64,000 nucleotides of DNA from Vicugna vicugna (lineage: Eukaryota). Where the stretch lies: NCBI GenBank assembly GCA_013265495.1, contig MU058781.1:7917009-7981008 (forward strand). Reading direction: 5' to 3'. Below are positions 26,243 to 36,925 of the stretch, in pieces (the first letter of the stretch is position 1; each line of letters begins with the position of its first letter). The notes under the pieces are model-generated. The model worked only from the letters and a program-made list of their open reading frames with translations, did no database searches and had not been told where the DNA came from. A program made the translations under genes and the position numbers.

Positions 26243-26436
26243 GTGTTGCCCAGTAGAGCTTTCAGTGAGGATGGAAATGTCCCATACCTGCACTGGCCAT
26301 GCGGTAGCACTCACCAGATGTGCACACAGCTAGTCTGACTGAAGTGCTGAATTTTTGTTTTATTTTATTTTAATTAATTTAAATTTAAATAGCAATATGT
26401 GGCCAATAGCAATATGTACCCTGTTAGACAAAGCAG
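26243..26436 (+). mobile_element. MER3 (hAT-Charlie)
   Basis: CAGTAGAGCTTTCAGTGAGGATGGAAATGT...CTGAATTTTTGTTTTATTTTATTTTAATTAATTTAAATTTAAATAGC matches recalled MER3 consensus. Confidence 0.8.
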
Positions 26437-26439
26437 ATA

Positions 26440-27015
26440 CCTGTGATGATTCACATATTTATCTATCTGGCCTGAACCTCTTCTTTCAGAACCTGGCACC
26501 TTCTCAATACTTCCCTTGGTGACCAGTCAAAGCCACTGCCTCTCCAGCTTAGATTATTACAACAGGGAATGTTTCTCCTATCTGGTTGCAATGTTTCTAC
26601 CCTGACTTTCTACTGTATATTCTCAAACCAGCAGCCAAAAATCATCTTCACAGCTTGAGTTACACCACGTATTTCTTGCTTCAAGCCTCCTAATGGTTCC
26701 TCATCTTAATACAATAAAAGCCAAAGTTTTTTCAATAGAACCGCAAAAGCCCTACATGATCCGACCTGTTCTTTGCCTCTCTAACGTCACTTCCCGCTTT
26801 CCGGCCGCTCCTCCTCTGTCCCTGCCACAGCACTTTGCGCCCTCTATTGTGCAATACAGTTAACTCAGTTCTATTGTCTATGGTCTGCTCTCTCTCACCA
26901 GAAAATAGGCTCTATTAGGGTGGGGATTTATGACTGTTTTGTTCACTGTTGTGTCCTCTACTACTTAGAACACAGTAGCCTGGCACATATGAAGCAGCCA
27001 ATAAATACTTATTGA
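26440..27015 (+). mobile_element. L2 LINE 3' fragment
   Basis: TTTTGTTCACTGTTGTGTCCTC...GCCTGGCACATATGAAGCAGCCAATAAATACTTATTGA is an L2 3' terminus. Confidence 0.7.
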
Positions 27016-27113
27016 GAGACTGGTAACATACGCTCACTAGGTCACCCAGAAAGACCGTACACAGAGAGCAGAAAGGGCTTCAGGATTGAGCCCAGGGCCA
27101 CTCCTGAATTTAG

Positions 27114-27530
27114 AGCTGCACCATCCAATATGGTAGCCCCTAGTAGCCATAGCCACATGTGGCTTTTCAGCATTTGAAATATACTATTCCAAACCGAAAT
27201 GCCCTGTATGTCTAAAATACCCATCAGATTGTGAAGCCTAATTATATATAAACACATACATACACACTCCTAATTATATATAATTATATACTGAGGTACT
27301 TTACATTCATATATATACACCCCTAATTATACATATGAATGTAAATTATCTCATTACTTATTTATATTGATTACTTATTGAAATAATATTTTGGATATTT
27401 TGAATTAATTAAAATGTATTATTAAATTGATTTCACCTATTTCTTTTTACTCTTTTAAGGCAGAAATTAAATACTAGGAGATTAAAAATCACATATGTGG
27501 CTCATGTTGTATTGATATTAGACACATCGG
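27114..27530 (-). mobile_element. MER33 (hAT-Charlie), inserted among antisense L2 fragments (~27040-27900)
   Basis: TCCAATATGGTAGCC...AGCCACATGTGGCT...TATTATTAAATTGATTTCACCTATTTCTTTTTAC...CACATATGTGGCTCA matches the reverse complement of recalled MER33. Confidence 0.8.
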
Positions 27531-28254
27531 TTTAGAGACTGAGAGGAAGAAAAGCCCGCAGGGGTTCCTATCCAGCAAGTAGGAGGAAAAACCAGGCAAA
27601 TGTGATATGTGAAAGATTAGAGACATCATTGTTCTCAAGTGGGAGGAAACAGTTAACTAGATCAAATGAGTGAAACAAAGAGAGAGAATTGACCACAAGA
27701 TTTGGCAAGATGGAGATCATGGTTCACGCTGACAAGGGTGGTTTCAGTGAAGTGTGGGGCAGGAGCCCAGCTGGAGAGGCGTTAAGTCAAATGCAAAGTG
27801 AGGAAGCAGAGACAGCCAACGTAGACGACCCTCTCTGGGAGTGCTGCTATGAGAAGTGGGATGATGGCTGGACAGAGAGAGAAGATGGGAGACACTTTGA
27901 CAGCTGAAGGAAATGATCCAAGAAAGATAGCCCCAAACTGGAAATTTTAGGACAAAGACAAAGAATGTAGACACATAGCATTTTGTATCTGGAAGGGCCG
28001 CTGACGTATATTAACATAACAATCATCTAGTTATTCTGCATTCCAGGTAAGAACTCCGAGGTCCAAACAGGTGAGGGGCTCTTGCAGCAGAGCTGAAACC
28101 AGAACCAGACACATAGTCTATGCAGGACGCTTGCATAAACTCATTTCTGCAGAGACAGACATTTCCAAATCCTGATATATTCGACCCCAAATGTTTTTCC
28201 CCTTGTAGAGGATAACATTTACATGATTGCTAGTGGTCCATTAAGAGCAAACAT

Positions 28255-28460
28255 AATAAAAAAAGCTAACTTTATTGACTACTATGCGCTGTTTTCCTGG
28301 TGTTTTGCATACACTAATACTAATCTATATAATAACCCCACAATGTAGACAGGTGTTATTATACCAGTTTTGCAAATTAGAAAAACAGGATTTTGAGGGT
28401 TTGGGCTTTTCATACACATATCTATTTGGATCCAAATTTCATCATCTTTTCAATATACCA
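28255..28460 (-). mobile_element. MIR SINE
   Basis: AGCTAACTTTATTGACTACTATGCG...ATAACCCCACAATGTAGACAGGTGTTATTATACCAGTTTTGCAAATTAGAAAAACAGG is an antisense MIR pattern. Confidence 0.7.
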
Positions 28461-29069
28461 TACAATTTCAAAGTCGTAATTCCTTTACCTGGACACCATC
28501 CCTCAACAGGGCAAAATACTCTACTTTGCCATTTGATATAAATGATAGTTAATACCCAAAATAATAAAAATAATACCCACTTCTAAGTCAAGGATTTCTT
28601 TTCCAAAGTATTTGTCTGTCACTGTGCATCCAAGGTCTAAACTTAAAAAATTTTAAACTACAACAGCTTTACAGTTCTGAGCAAAAACGGTGGCATAATC
28701 ATGCTGGAGTTTGCCTTTCAATTTCCTGGAATCAAGCACACTGCTCTTCCAAAAAAAAATCCCAGTGAGTGAGAATTATCTTCTGTGCCACTGATATAGA
28801 ATGACAGAGTGTCTCCTTTGGAAAAGCTTCAACAATTCTAAGTAAATTGGATAAAAACTTATGAAAAGATTCATATTCAGGGATGAAAACCTATCTGTGC
28901 TTTATACCCAGAAAGTTTATACCTGTAGCCTAGTATACATATACCTTCTCTGTGTTAGAATAAAAACCAACTCTGTACTATTTCCATATACAAAATTTAA
29001 ATCAACCAGAGTGCTCAGAGAATAGTGGAAAAGAGGGGTTCTCATAAAGTTAAAAATATTTTAAGCACA

Positions 29070-29645
29070 TATAGCAAATCTGTGCCTTCCTCAAATCTGA
29101 TGTGCAACCTTCATTTAAATTCACAACCTTCCTCTCTGATCTTCCTCATTCCAGTTGTTTATCCCTACCCATCCTGCACTCTGTTTGCAGGCACATCTTT
29201 CCAAAACACAAATCTGAACTATTATTGATCCTCCCTGGGGACCACCTCCTCTACCCCAACCATGGAATAAAGTCCAGAATATTTTTGAGAGCATGTCATG
29301 TCCTTCACATCTGGCCTTCATCTGTCACCCCCAATGCTTTTACACAGGTTTTCACCAACCACCACCTTTTCCCTTCTGCTCAACATACTCCTGACTGTCT
29401 CATCCGTCTGGAACTCCTACTCAACATCCAAGAGGCTTTCCTTGTCAGTATCTCTCCTCTATCACTTACTACACTCAATTATAATGATCAATTTACATAT
29501 CTCCCACTACATTGTTTCATAATTATTAAACGATAGGAGCTGCTTAACAATAGGGATTGTGATGTTTTAACCATTGTATCTACACCATCTAACATAGCAC
29601 TTGTCCTTAGCAGGTGCTCAACAAATGTGTGCTGGATTTGAATGG
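29070..29645 (+). mobile_element. L2 LINE 3' fragment
   Basis: Pyrimidine-rich L2 body ending TAGCAGGTGCTCAACAAATGTGTGCTGGATTTGAATG. Confidence 0.7.
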
Positions 29646-30811
29646 CCAGGGGTGAACTCAGTCTCAGCGAGACAACAAGTCTGTTCTAACGAGCTAGCCT
29701 TCATTGTCTACCTCTGTTGACAAGTGTCCTCCCAAACATAAGAGACAGGTGATGTCTGATTTCAGACACAGGGTGTGTCTCCTTGATTTGTGAAGAAGGG
29801 AACAGCCCCCTCTCGTCTTCATTCTTCCCAGGAGAACAAACTGCTTTACACAACTGTGGGGCCGACATGCTTTTTAAGGGAATGCTTTGCTGCTCTGATT
29901 CCATATTCCTTGTCTCTCCTGTTATTCTTCTTCTGAGCCCGTCTGCCCTTTTTCAAAAGTGAAAACACCACAAAGCATTTGTGTAATAACATGGTGTATA
30001 TTATCACATTAGCTACAGTTATCATAAAAGCAGCTATATAATCAGATTGCGCTTTGCCTCATAGCCACGGAAATAATGGTGCTTCATCAGGAAATTTTTA
30101 TAACCAAATGGAAATTCACTAATGCAACAGGAAGTTATCAAACGTAATATAATTCAGGAGACCCAAACTGCGCTAGTGTCTCAGTAGGTGAAGGGGGAAA
30201 AAGATCTACTTTATTGTAATGAAACTCTTAACAGAAACATGCTTATTTTTTTTTTAATGCTCAGCATACTTCTCTTTCTCTTTGTATAATCATTTCTTGT
30301 TTTGCTTCTTTTTTTTTTTTTAGGACTTGGATTGTTTTTGTTAAAATGCTGTTTGAATATCAAAAGAAAATAAAAATGATCAGTGATCAGGTGGTTATGT
30401 GGAAGAAATCATCCAAATTTTAAAAATCTGGACTTATACTTTCGAACTGCTAAGAGCATTTCAGAAAGGCTCCCATAAATGAACTACAATGAAATACCAG
30501 TGTGCCTGTGCGTTGTGGAGAGGGACAGGCTGCCTGCTCACCTGCACAAACTAATGGGCAGGAAAACACATAGCATGTCGAACAGTCAGTGTTCAGATTC
30601 CATCCAAACTTCTACCTCAATTTCCATCTAAAAACAATGAGCAAACATGCAAGATCTAGGTAGTCTCAATTTTTTGCCTGTATTAAACAGTGGTTTCATG
30701 ATGGTCATAATATCAAATTTAGAGAAAAAATTCAATGGCTTTTCTGCTTCATAGTATATCAAATTCTTGCTAGAATGAAAAGGAAGGATGAATAGTTTCT
30801 TTTCCTTTCTC

Positions 30812-30812
<1 letters not shown>

Positions 30813-30886
<74 letters not shown>
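30813..30886. repeat. Pure poly(A) tract, 74 nt
   Basis: Seen directly; true length may be distorted by assembly. Confidence 0.95.
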
Positions 30887-30888
<2 letters not shown>

Positions 30889-32169
30889 TACCTTACTCCA
30901 GGATTGGGGAAAGAGAGAATCAGTAAAAGGGCAGGACAGAAATGTAGTTCAAAGACATATTCCCTATGCTGTCGTGTGTGTGTGTGTGTGTACACATGTT
31001 AATATAGAGTATATATGATCAGCCATATAGATGGAGAGATACGGACAGAAATATAGATAGATTATTGGTGATCTCTCATTCTGGAAGCTTTGACAGGGAG
31101 ATGTTTGTTTAAATTAATCTCTTCAATGGTCTACACTACTGAGATGTAGCTACTTCTCCTTCTGACCTGAAATTTCAACTGTTTGGGAACACACAATGAT
31201 TAGGAAACAATTGTGAGCTATAAAAATGCTCTTAAAATAGACTAGAAATATTCATTTTGACCACTTGGACACATTGGTTATTCTGCATTTTGATCAATGT
31301 TTTCTATCCAGTTTTGTTTCCAACCAAAATATTGCCATTTTCAGGTTCCAGAACTGATCCGTACCTGGGGACTACAGCCATGCACATCAGCACCTTAGCT
31401 CCCCTCCCACGGATGACACGTTCTCCCCTCTGACACCAAAAGATAGCACCGAAGGAGCATGTGATCTGGTGATAATACAACCAGACACAATTCTGGTAAT
31501 TTTTAAAATCATGCTTTCTAAATATAGTGCCAACCCATTTTTTGTATGTTTCTCTACATGGCAGGATAGAGATTGGTGGGGGTACCTGGAGAATATGGGA
31601 AAAATAGGAGCCAATTTGGAATGGGGACAGGCAGTGTTAATTCAAAATTACATATCTAGGCAACAAATCATCTTGGTCTACAGTTTGAGGACAAAGCTAA
31701 CAGAATAAACAAACCTGCAGGAAGCATCTTTGTATATGCAGAATCAAGATATAAAACTTGTTTTTTGTCCTCCCATCATCCTAGCAGGTGGCAAGTAATC
31801 AAGGTTCCATCAAGGGTGTAATGCCTCCAGTGGTGTTCTGTCTGCTCAGCTTCTTTGCCTTTGCTGCTAGTTACTGTTGCTTTAGTCACTTAAATGTATT
31901 TCTGTCCAGGTGTATACTCCCTGCCCTCCTTTACCTGCACATTTGATGGTCTGTTTCTCAGAACACTGTGGTCCAATGTGGAGGCAAGGAGTAATGTGAC
32001 AGCTCACGCAAGTGACATGATGTCTCATTCAAGTGACACTGTGCTTAAATATCTCAATTTCATGAAGAGTTGAGATTCATAATGAATCACTCCCCCTTTA
32101 ATAATACTGGCTTTTTGCACATCAACCCCAGAGTTTTAAAATTACTGTATGAGTAAAAGAAAATTGAAA

Positions 32170-33370
32170 ACCAGAAAACTAGAAGAAAGCATAGGAGGTG
32201 AGCTACTTGACAACCCCTTGCCAATGTTTTTTTTGGATTTGACACCAAAAGCAAAGACAACAAAAGCAAAGAGGGACTACAATGAACTAAAAAGCTTCTG
32301 CACAGCAAAGGAAACAGCCAACCAAATGAAAAGGCAACCTACCAAGTGGAAGAAAATGCTTGCAAATAATATATCTGATGAGGATAATATCCAAAATATA
32401 TAAGGAACTCATATAAATGGGCAGCAGATACATGAAAAGGTGCTCAACTTACTAATCATCAGGAAGATGAAAATCAACACACAATGAGCTATCATCTCAC
32501 ACCTGTTAGAATGGCTACTATCAAAATGACAAGAGGTAAGTGTTGGTGAGGATGTGGAGAAAAGGGGATCCTGTGCACTGTCGGTGGGGATGTAAATTCA
32601 TACAGCCACTATGAAAACAGTGTGGAGGCTCCTCAAAAAACTAAAAATAGAAATACCATATGACCTAGCAATCCCTCCTTTGGGAATATACCCAAAGGAA
32701 ACAAAATAACTATCTCAGAGAGATATCTGCATCTCCATGTTCATGGCAACGTCATTTACAATAGTCAAGATAAGGAAACAACCTAAGTGTCCACTAGCAG
32801 ATGAATGAATAAAGAAAATGTGATATATACATATCACACACACATACACACATACATATACACACACACATACATACATACACAATTCAGCCATGAAAAG
32901 AGGGAAATCCTGCCATTTTTGACAACATAGATGGACCGATGGGGTATTATCCTAAAAGTGAAATAAGTCAGACAAAGAAAGACAGATATTGTATTATATC
33001 ACTTATATGTGGACTCTAAAAAAAACTGACTCATAAAAACAGAAAATTGGTGGTTAGCAGAGGGGTGGGGAATGGGTGAAGGCTGTCAAAAGGTCTAACT
33101 TCCAGTTATAAGATAAATAAGTTCTGGGTATGCAATGTACAGCATGGTAACTATGCTGTTTAGTGTATTTGGAAGTTGCTAAAATAGTAGATTTTAAAAG
33201 TTCTTGTCACAAGTAAAGTAAATTTTAACCATGTGAGGTCATGGATGTTAGTCAAACTTATTGTGATATTACTTCACAATATATATACATACACCAAATC
33301 ATCATGTTGTATACCATAAACCAATACAATGTTACATGTCAATTATATCTCAATAAAACTGGGGAAAAAA
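32170..33370 (+). mobile_element. 5'-truncated L1 (L1MA9-like ORF2 end and 3'UTR)
   Basis: AACTAAAAAGCTTCTGCACAGCAAAGGAAACAG, CATCTCACACCTGTTAGAATGGCTA, CAGTTATAAGATAAATAAGTTCTGGG, and terminus GTCAATTATATCTCAATAAAACTGGGGAAAAAA. Confidence 0.9.
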
Positions 33371-33494
33371 TGATTATAAGCAAACAAGTCACGAAGACAT
33401 AGAGTTCCTTTTTCCTGTCTTTATTTTGTGCCGTGTAAATTTCTTTAGCACAGAGGTCACCTTTTGAGAACCACTGCCTAGTTATTATCAGCCC

Positions 33495-33740
33495 AGAGAT
33501 TCAGAGTACAGGGTCTGCAATTGCTTCAGTTTGGTACTTGGCCCATGGATTTTTAAGGGACAAGAGCTTGGGTACATTATTTAAACTCCATACACTTTGG
33601 TTTTTTCATCTGGAAAAGAAGGCTAGTAATAATAACAGCCATGTGGGCTTATCATGAATATTAAATGAGTTAATATGCGTGACGCACTTGGTACAGTGCA
33701 GGGCAAATATTATATCACATTTTTTATTTTAATGATTATT
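33495..33740 (+). mobile_element. MIR SINE
   Basis: TTTTTTCATCTGGAAAAGAAGG...AATATTAAATGAGTTAATATGCGTGACGCACTTGGTACAGTG is MIR core and 3' end. Confidence 0.7.
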
Positions 33741-33839
33741 ATAAGAAATTAAGTAATGTGTGGCTAGTTAATAACTATTGTGAGTTAACAATTACTATTC
33801 AGAATAAATGTAATATTAAATCTATTTTAAATGTTAGTA

Positions 33840-34288
33840 TGTTACGGAAATGACAGGCCAGCCAAGAAACAAGCACCACTCGGAGGGTTGGAGTACTCAG
33901 ACGTATTACGCCGGCGGGCTCAGAGGGGCTTCTGCTCCGAAGCTCTGAGCACCTCCAAGATGTGCGCATGAGGTTTTACAGGGTGAAGTACAAGCTTGGG
34001 GTATTCGGCCAATAGGCATGGAACAGCTTTAGCAGCATTATCATCACAAAGGTGGAGGCGGGGAGGCAGCAAACCAACATTCCAAAACCAGATATGTGTC
34101 TTTGAAAACCCAGCTGGCTAGCAAAACACATGAACAGCAAACCTAGATTTCAAGTTAGTCCAGGAGAACTCAGATCTGTATTCCAATACTTAGATTTGTG
34201 AGTTATCTTGTTAGCCCAGCCCAGCCTCTCCTTCACATTCCTAGACTTGAGAGTTACCTTGTTAGACCAGCCCAGTTTTTCCTTCACA
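33840..34288 (-). mobile_element. Solo ERV LTR (probably class I/ERV1), 449 bp, 4-bp TSD AGTA
   Basis: Bounded by TG (33840) and CA (34288), with AGTA at 33836-33839 and 34289-34292. Retains CpGs; CCAAT box and a TATA-like TGTAAAA on the minus strand. Orientation and class are inferred. Confidence 0.85.
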
Positions 34289-35649
34289 AGTATTATGGCT
34301 AAAGTATGTATCAGTCCGTGTTAGTTTAGCTATCACAAAGGATACAGTTTGCATAACTGTTCTAAGGAAACAAAAAGATCAGTGACTACCATGTTAGCCT
34401 CAGGATACCAAACAGCTTCGCAGAGTCACACACTGCTGGAATGATTTCCTATCATTTCTCCTGCGTCTGCTAGATGGTCAAAATCTTGTCAGTGGACCTA
34501 TGTCATAGCTGCACCCAAGTGTCCCGTGGCACCCCAGGATCTTTAATCACTGTGGTTTATAACTGAATTTAAGTAACTTGCTCAAGATCCTACAGTTGGT
34601 AAGGATTAGAGACACAACTGTCTGAGTCCATGGTATAAGGTCATCCTAACGTGGATGAAAAGACAGTTACTTGGATAACTGGAATTTAAGGCAATACGTG
34701 ATAAGGGTAACAAGACAAAGATTAAGGTTGTTTTCATTCACCATTGTTCTTTCTGGTAATTAAATTTTTGTATCTTCAAAGTCGATCTGTCTTTTAAAAA
34801 ATGAATACTTCTTACTCATCATACAATCCATCGCCCTCCCCCAAGACAAACAAACCCAGGGGAGGGGTAATTTAGGGGCCAGTTGAAATAGGTACTATAG
34901 GTTTGTGAGAAAGGCTTCCCAGCCCGCCATCCTATACCTAGACAACAAAACGGCAGGACCTCAAGTTCACCTCAAGTCCCAAATTCTAGCCCCAGGCAAG
35001 TGATGCAAGTGAATGCCATGGGGATAACAAAAGGGAAGCTCAGTCATTGGCTTTTATTTCTACAAAGATAAGATTTTGATTACCATAAGTTTTTGGAGGA
35101 AAGAGATAAAAACTCAATCCCACAAAAAGTGAGTCCCTTCTTATGCACTGGTTGGTATAGAGCAGGAACACCTTAGATACACTGGAATACAGGGTTACAC
35201 TTAAAAGTTCGAAGATAAAAGTTTAAGATTATTCACACGTCTATGCACAGATACTGTCACACATCAGTTTATCAGTTCTCCAAATGCCGTGCTCAGGAGA
35301 CTAGCTAGGGCTGAGTGGTGCTGGGCCAGCGTGAGCCCTCCCTACCCTCAGATAGTTTTCCATAATCATTTCCTCAGATTTCTGTTTTTTCCTCCTGAAA
35401 AAAAAGAGATATCTACAAATCTGAAGGATAAATATTCATTTTTTCCATCCCAGATGAAGTAATTATTGGTAAGTAGGTACTAAACAATCTGCTGGCTACG
35501 TGAAAAAAATATGCAAACTATAAAATGTACCGAAATAAAATCATTTTTCCATGCTGGGTAGCAAACTTTAATTACCTTATGTCTTTTGGTACCTAGTTCT
35601 CATGTCTGAACCCAAAATAATAAGGTAGTGAAAATACATTTTATGCAGT

Positions 35650-35870
35650 ACATCACAGTACAGTACAATTCCCTCAGTCCCTCTGAGATAAATAGGAATG
35701 ATTTTCCCCGATTAGAGATGAGAAAAACGGTCCAGAAAAAAAGTATATTTCCAAGGCTCAAAAAAGTTAAGTATCTTTCCAGGACTACAGAGCCAAGTGA
35801 GAGCAAAGCTAGAGCTGTGGCCCAGATCACCCAGTTGCAAATTGCAATGTTGTTTCTATACATTGTGTGG
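35650..35870 (-). mobile_element. MIR SINE
   Basis: CCCTCTGAGATAAATAGG...TTCCCCGATTAGAGATGAGAAAAAC...GGCTCAAAAAAGTTAAGTATCTTTCCAGGACTACAGAGCCAAGT is an antisense MIR pattern. Confidence 0.7.
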
Positions 35871-36464
35871 TTTCACAGTATGTATGAAATTGACTCTTCA
35901 CTCTTCATCAAAGGTGACACTCTAAGAAGGTGATTTCCTTTGCCAACCTTGCCCTCAGCAAAACTCACATTAATTCATACATACCTCATCATTTCTTCCT
36001 TCAACATGAAAGTCTTGCATTTCCTGTGACTCTACCTCTGTATTCCTGAATTTCCATCATTATGACTTTTTGTTATTTTCTAGAATCTGTTATTCTGAAT
36101 TTGCTATTTACAGACTTTAAGTCTTTTCCTTCCGTCTGCCCTACATAACAGATACATGGGAAATGATGCAAATGAAGGGAATAACTGAATTCACATCTAG
36201 ACACAGAAATGGGTGATTATTTCAGCAATAATCTTAGAAAGCTGATCCCCAAAAAAATCACTCAAGCATCACTCAGTTTATTTGGGTAAAACACAAATTT
36301 AGTGATCAGTTTTCCACACAAACATCCGAAATATTAGTGGCCCCACAATTCCCAGGGGAAGCAAATAGGCAGGTACAGACCATGTATATATATTTGTATT
36401 TGCAAATAAGGACAATTAGATACAGAAAATCTCATAGCTTTAAAAGATTTCCTGTATACGATAC

Positions 36465-36787
36465 GTTTTTTAAAACAAATTGTATTTATCTAAGGTGTAC
36501 AATATGCTGATTTGATAGACATAGTGAAATTTTTACTGCAGGCAACCTAATTAACATATCTTCCCATATAAGTTACCATGTTTGTCTGTGATAAGAGTAC
36601 ATGGTCTTTACCCACCCATTTGCTTCCCAGGGAACTGTGGGGCTTGGCACACCTGGTCTTTTTTTGTGTTGAGGAAATTTTCTTTTATGCCAATTTGTAG
36701 AACATTTCTGCCATGAAGAGATGTTGAACTTTGTCAAATGTTTTTCTGCATCTGTTGAGATGATCATGTGTTCTTTATCTTTTATAC
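36465..36787 (-). mobile_element. L1 fragments (3' end and an ORF2 piece)
   Basis: AAGGTGTACAATATGCTGATTTGATA and GATGTTGAACTTTGTCAAATGTTTTTCTGCATCTGTTGAGATGATCATGTG are antisense L1 motifs. Confidence 0.75.
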
Positions 36788-36925
36788 TTTTTGTTTGTTT
36801 GTTTCACGAGGGGTGGCAATTGCGTTTATTCATTTATTTCTATTTGGAGGAGGTGCTGGGGATTGAACCCGGGACCTCGTGCATGTCCAAGCATGTGCTC
36901 TACCAATTGAGCTATATCCTCACCC
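36788..36925 (-). mobile_element. tRNA-Ala-derived SINE (camelid Vic-1-like)
   Basis: Minus strand reads GGGTGAGGATATAGCTCAATTGGTAGAGCACATGC...GAGGTCCCGGGTTCAATCCCCAGCACCTCC (Pol III A and B boxes), then a short tRNA-unrelated segment and an (AAAC)n tail. Imperfect ~15-bp TSD at ~36773-36787 and ~36929-36943. Confidence 0.88.

Noticed and set aside
30788..31018. Poly-lysine ORF
   Set aside because: Translation of the A74 tract and the (GT)n repeat.
36850..36925. Possible tRNA-Ala gene
   Set aside because: Anticodon region is altered, and it carries a SINE body, simple-repeat tail and TSD, so it is a SINE.
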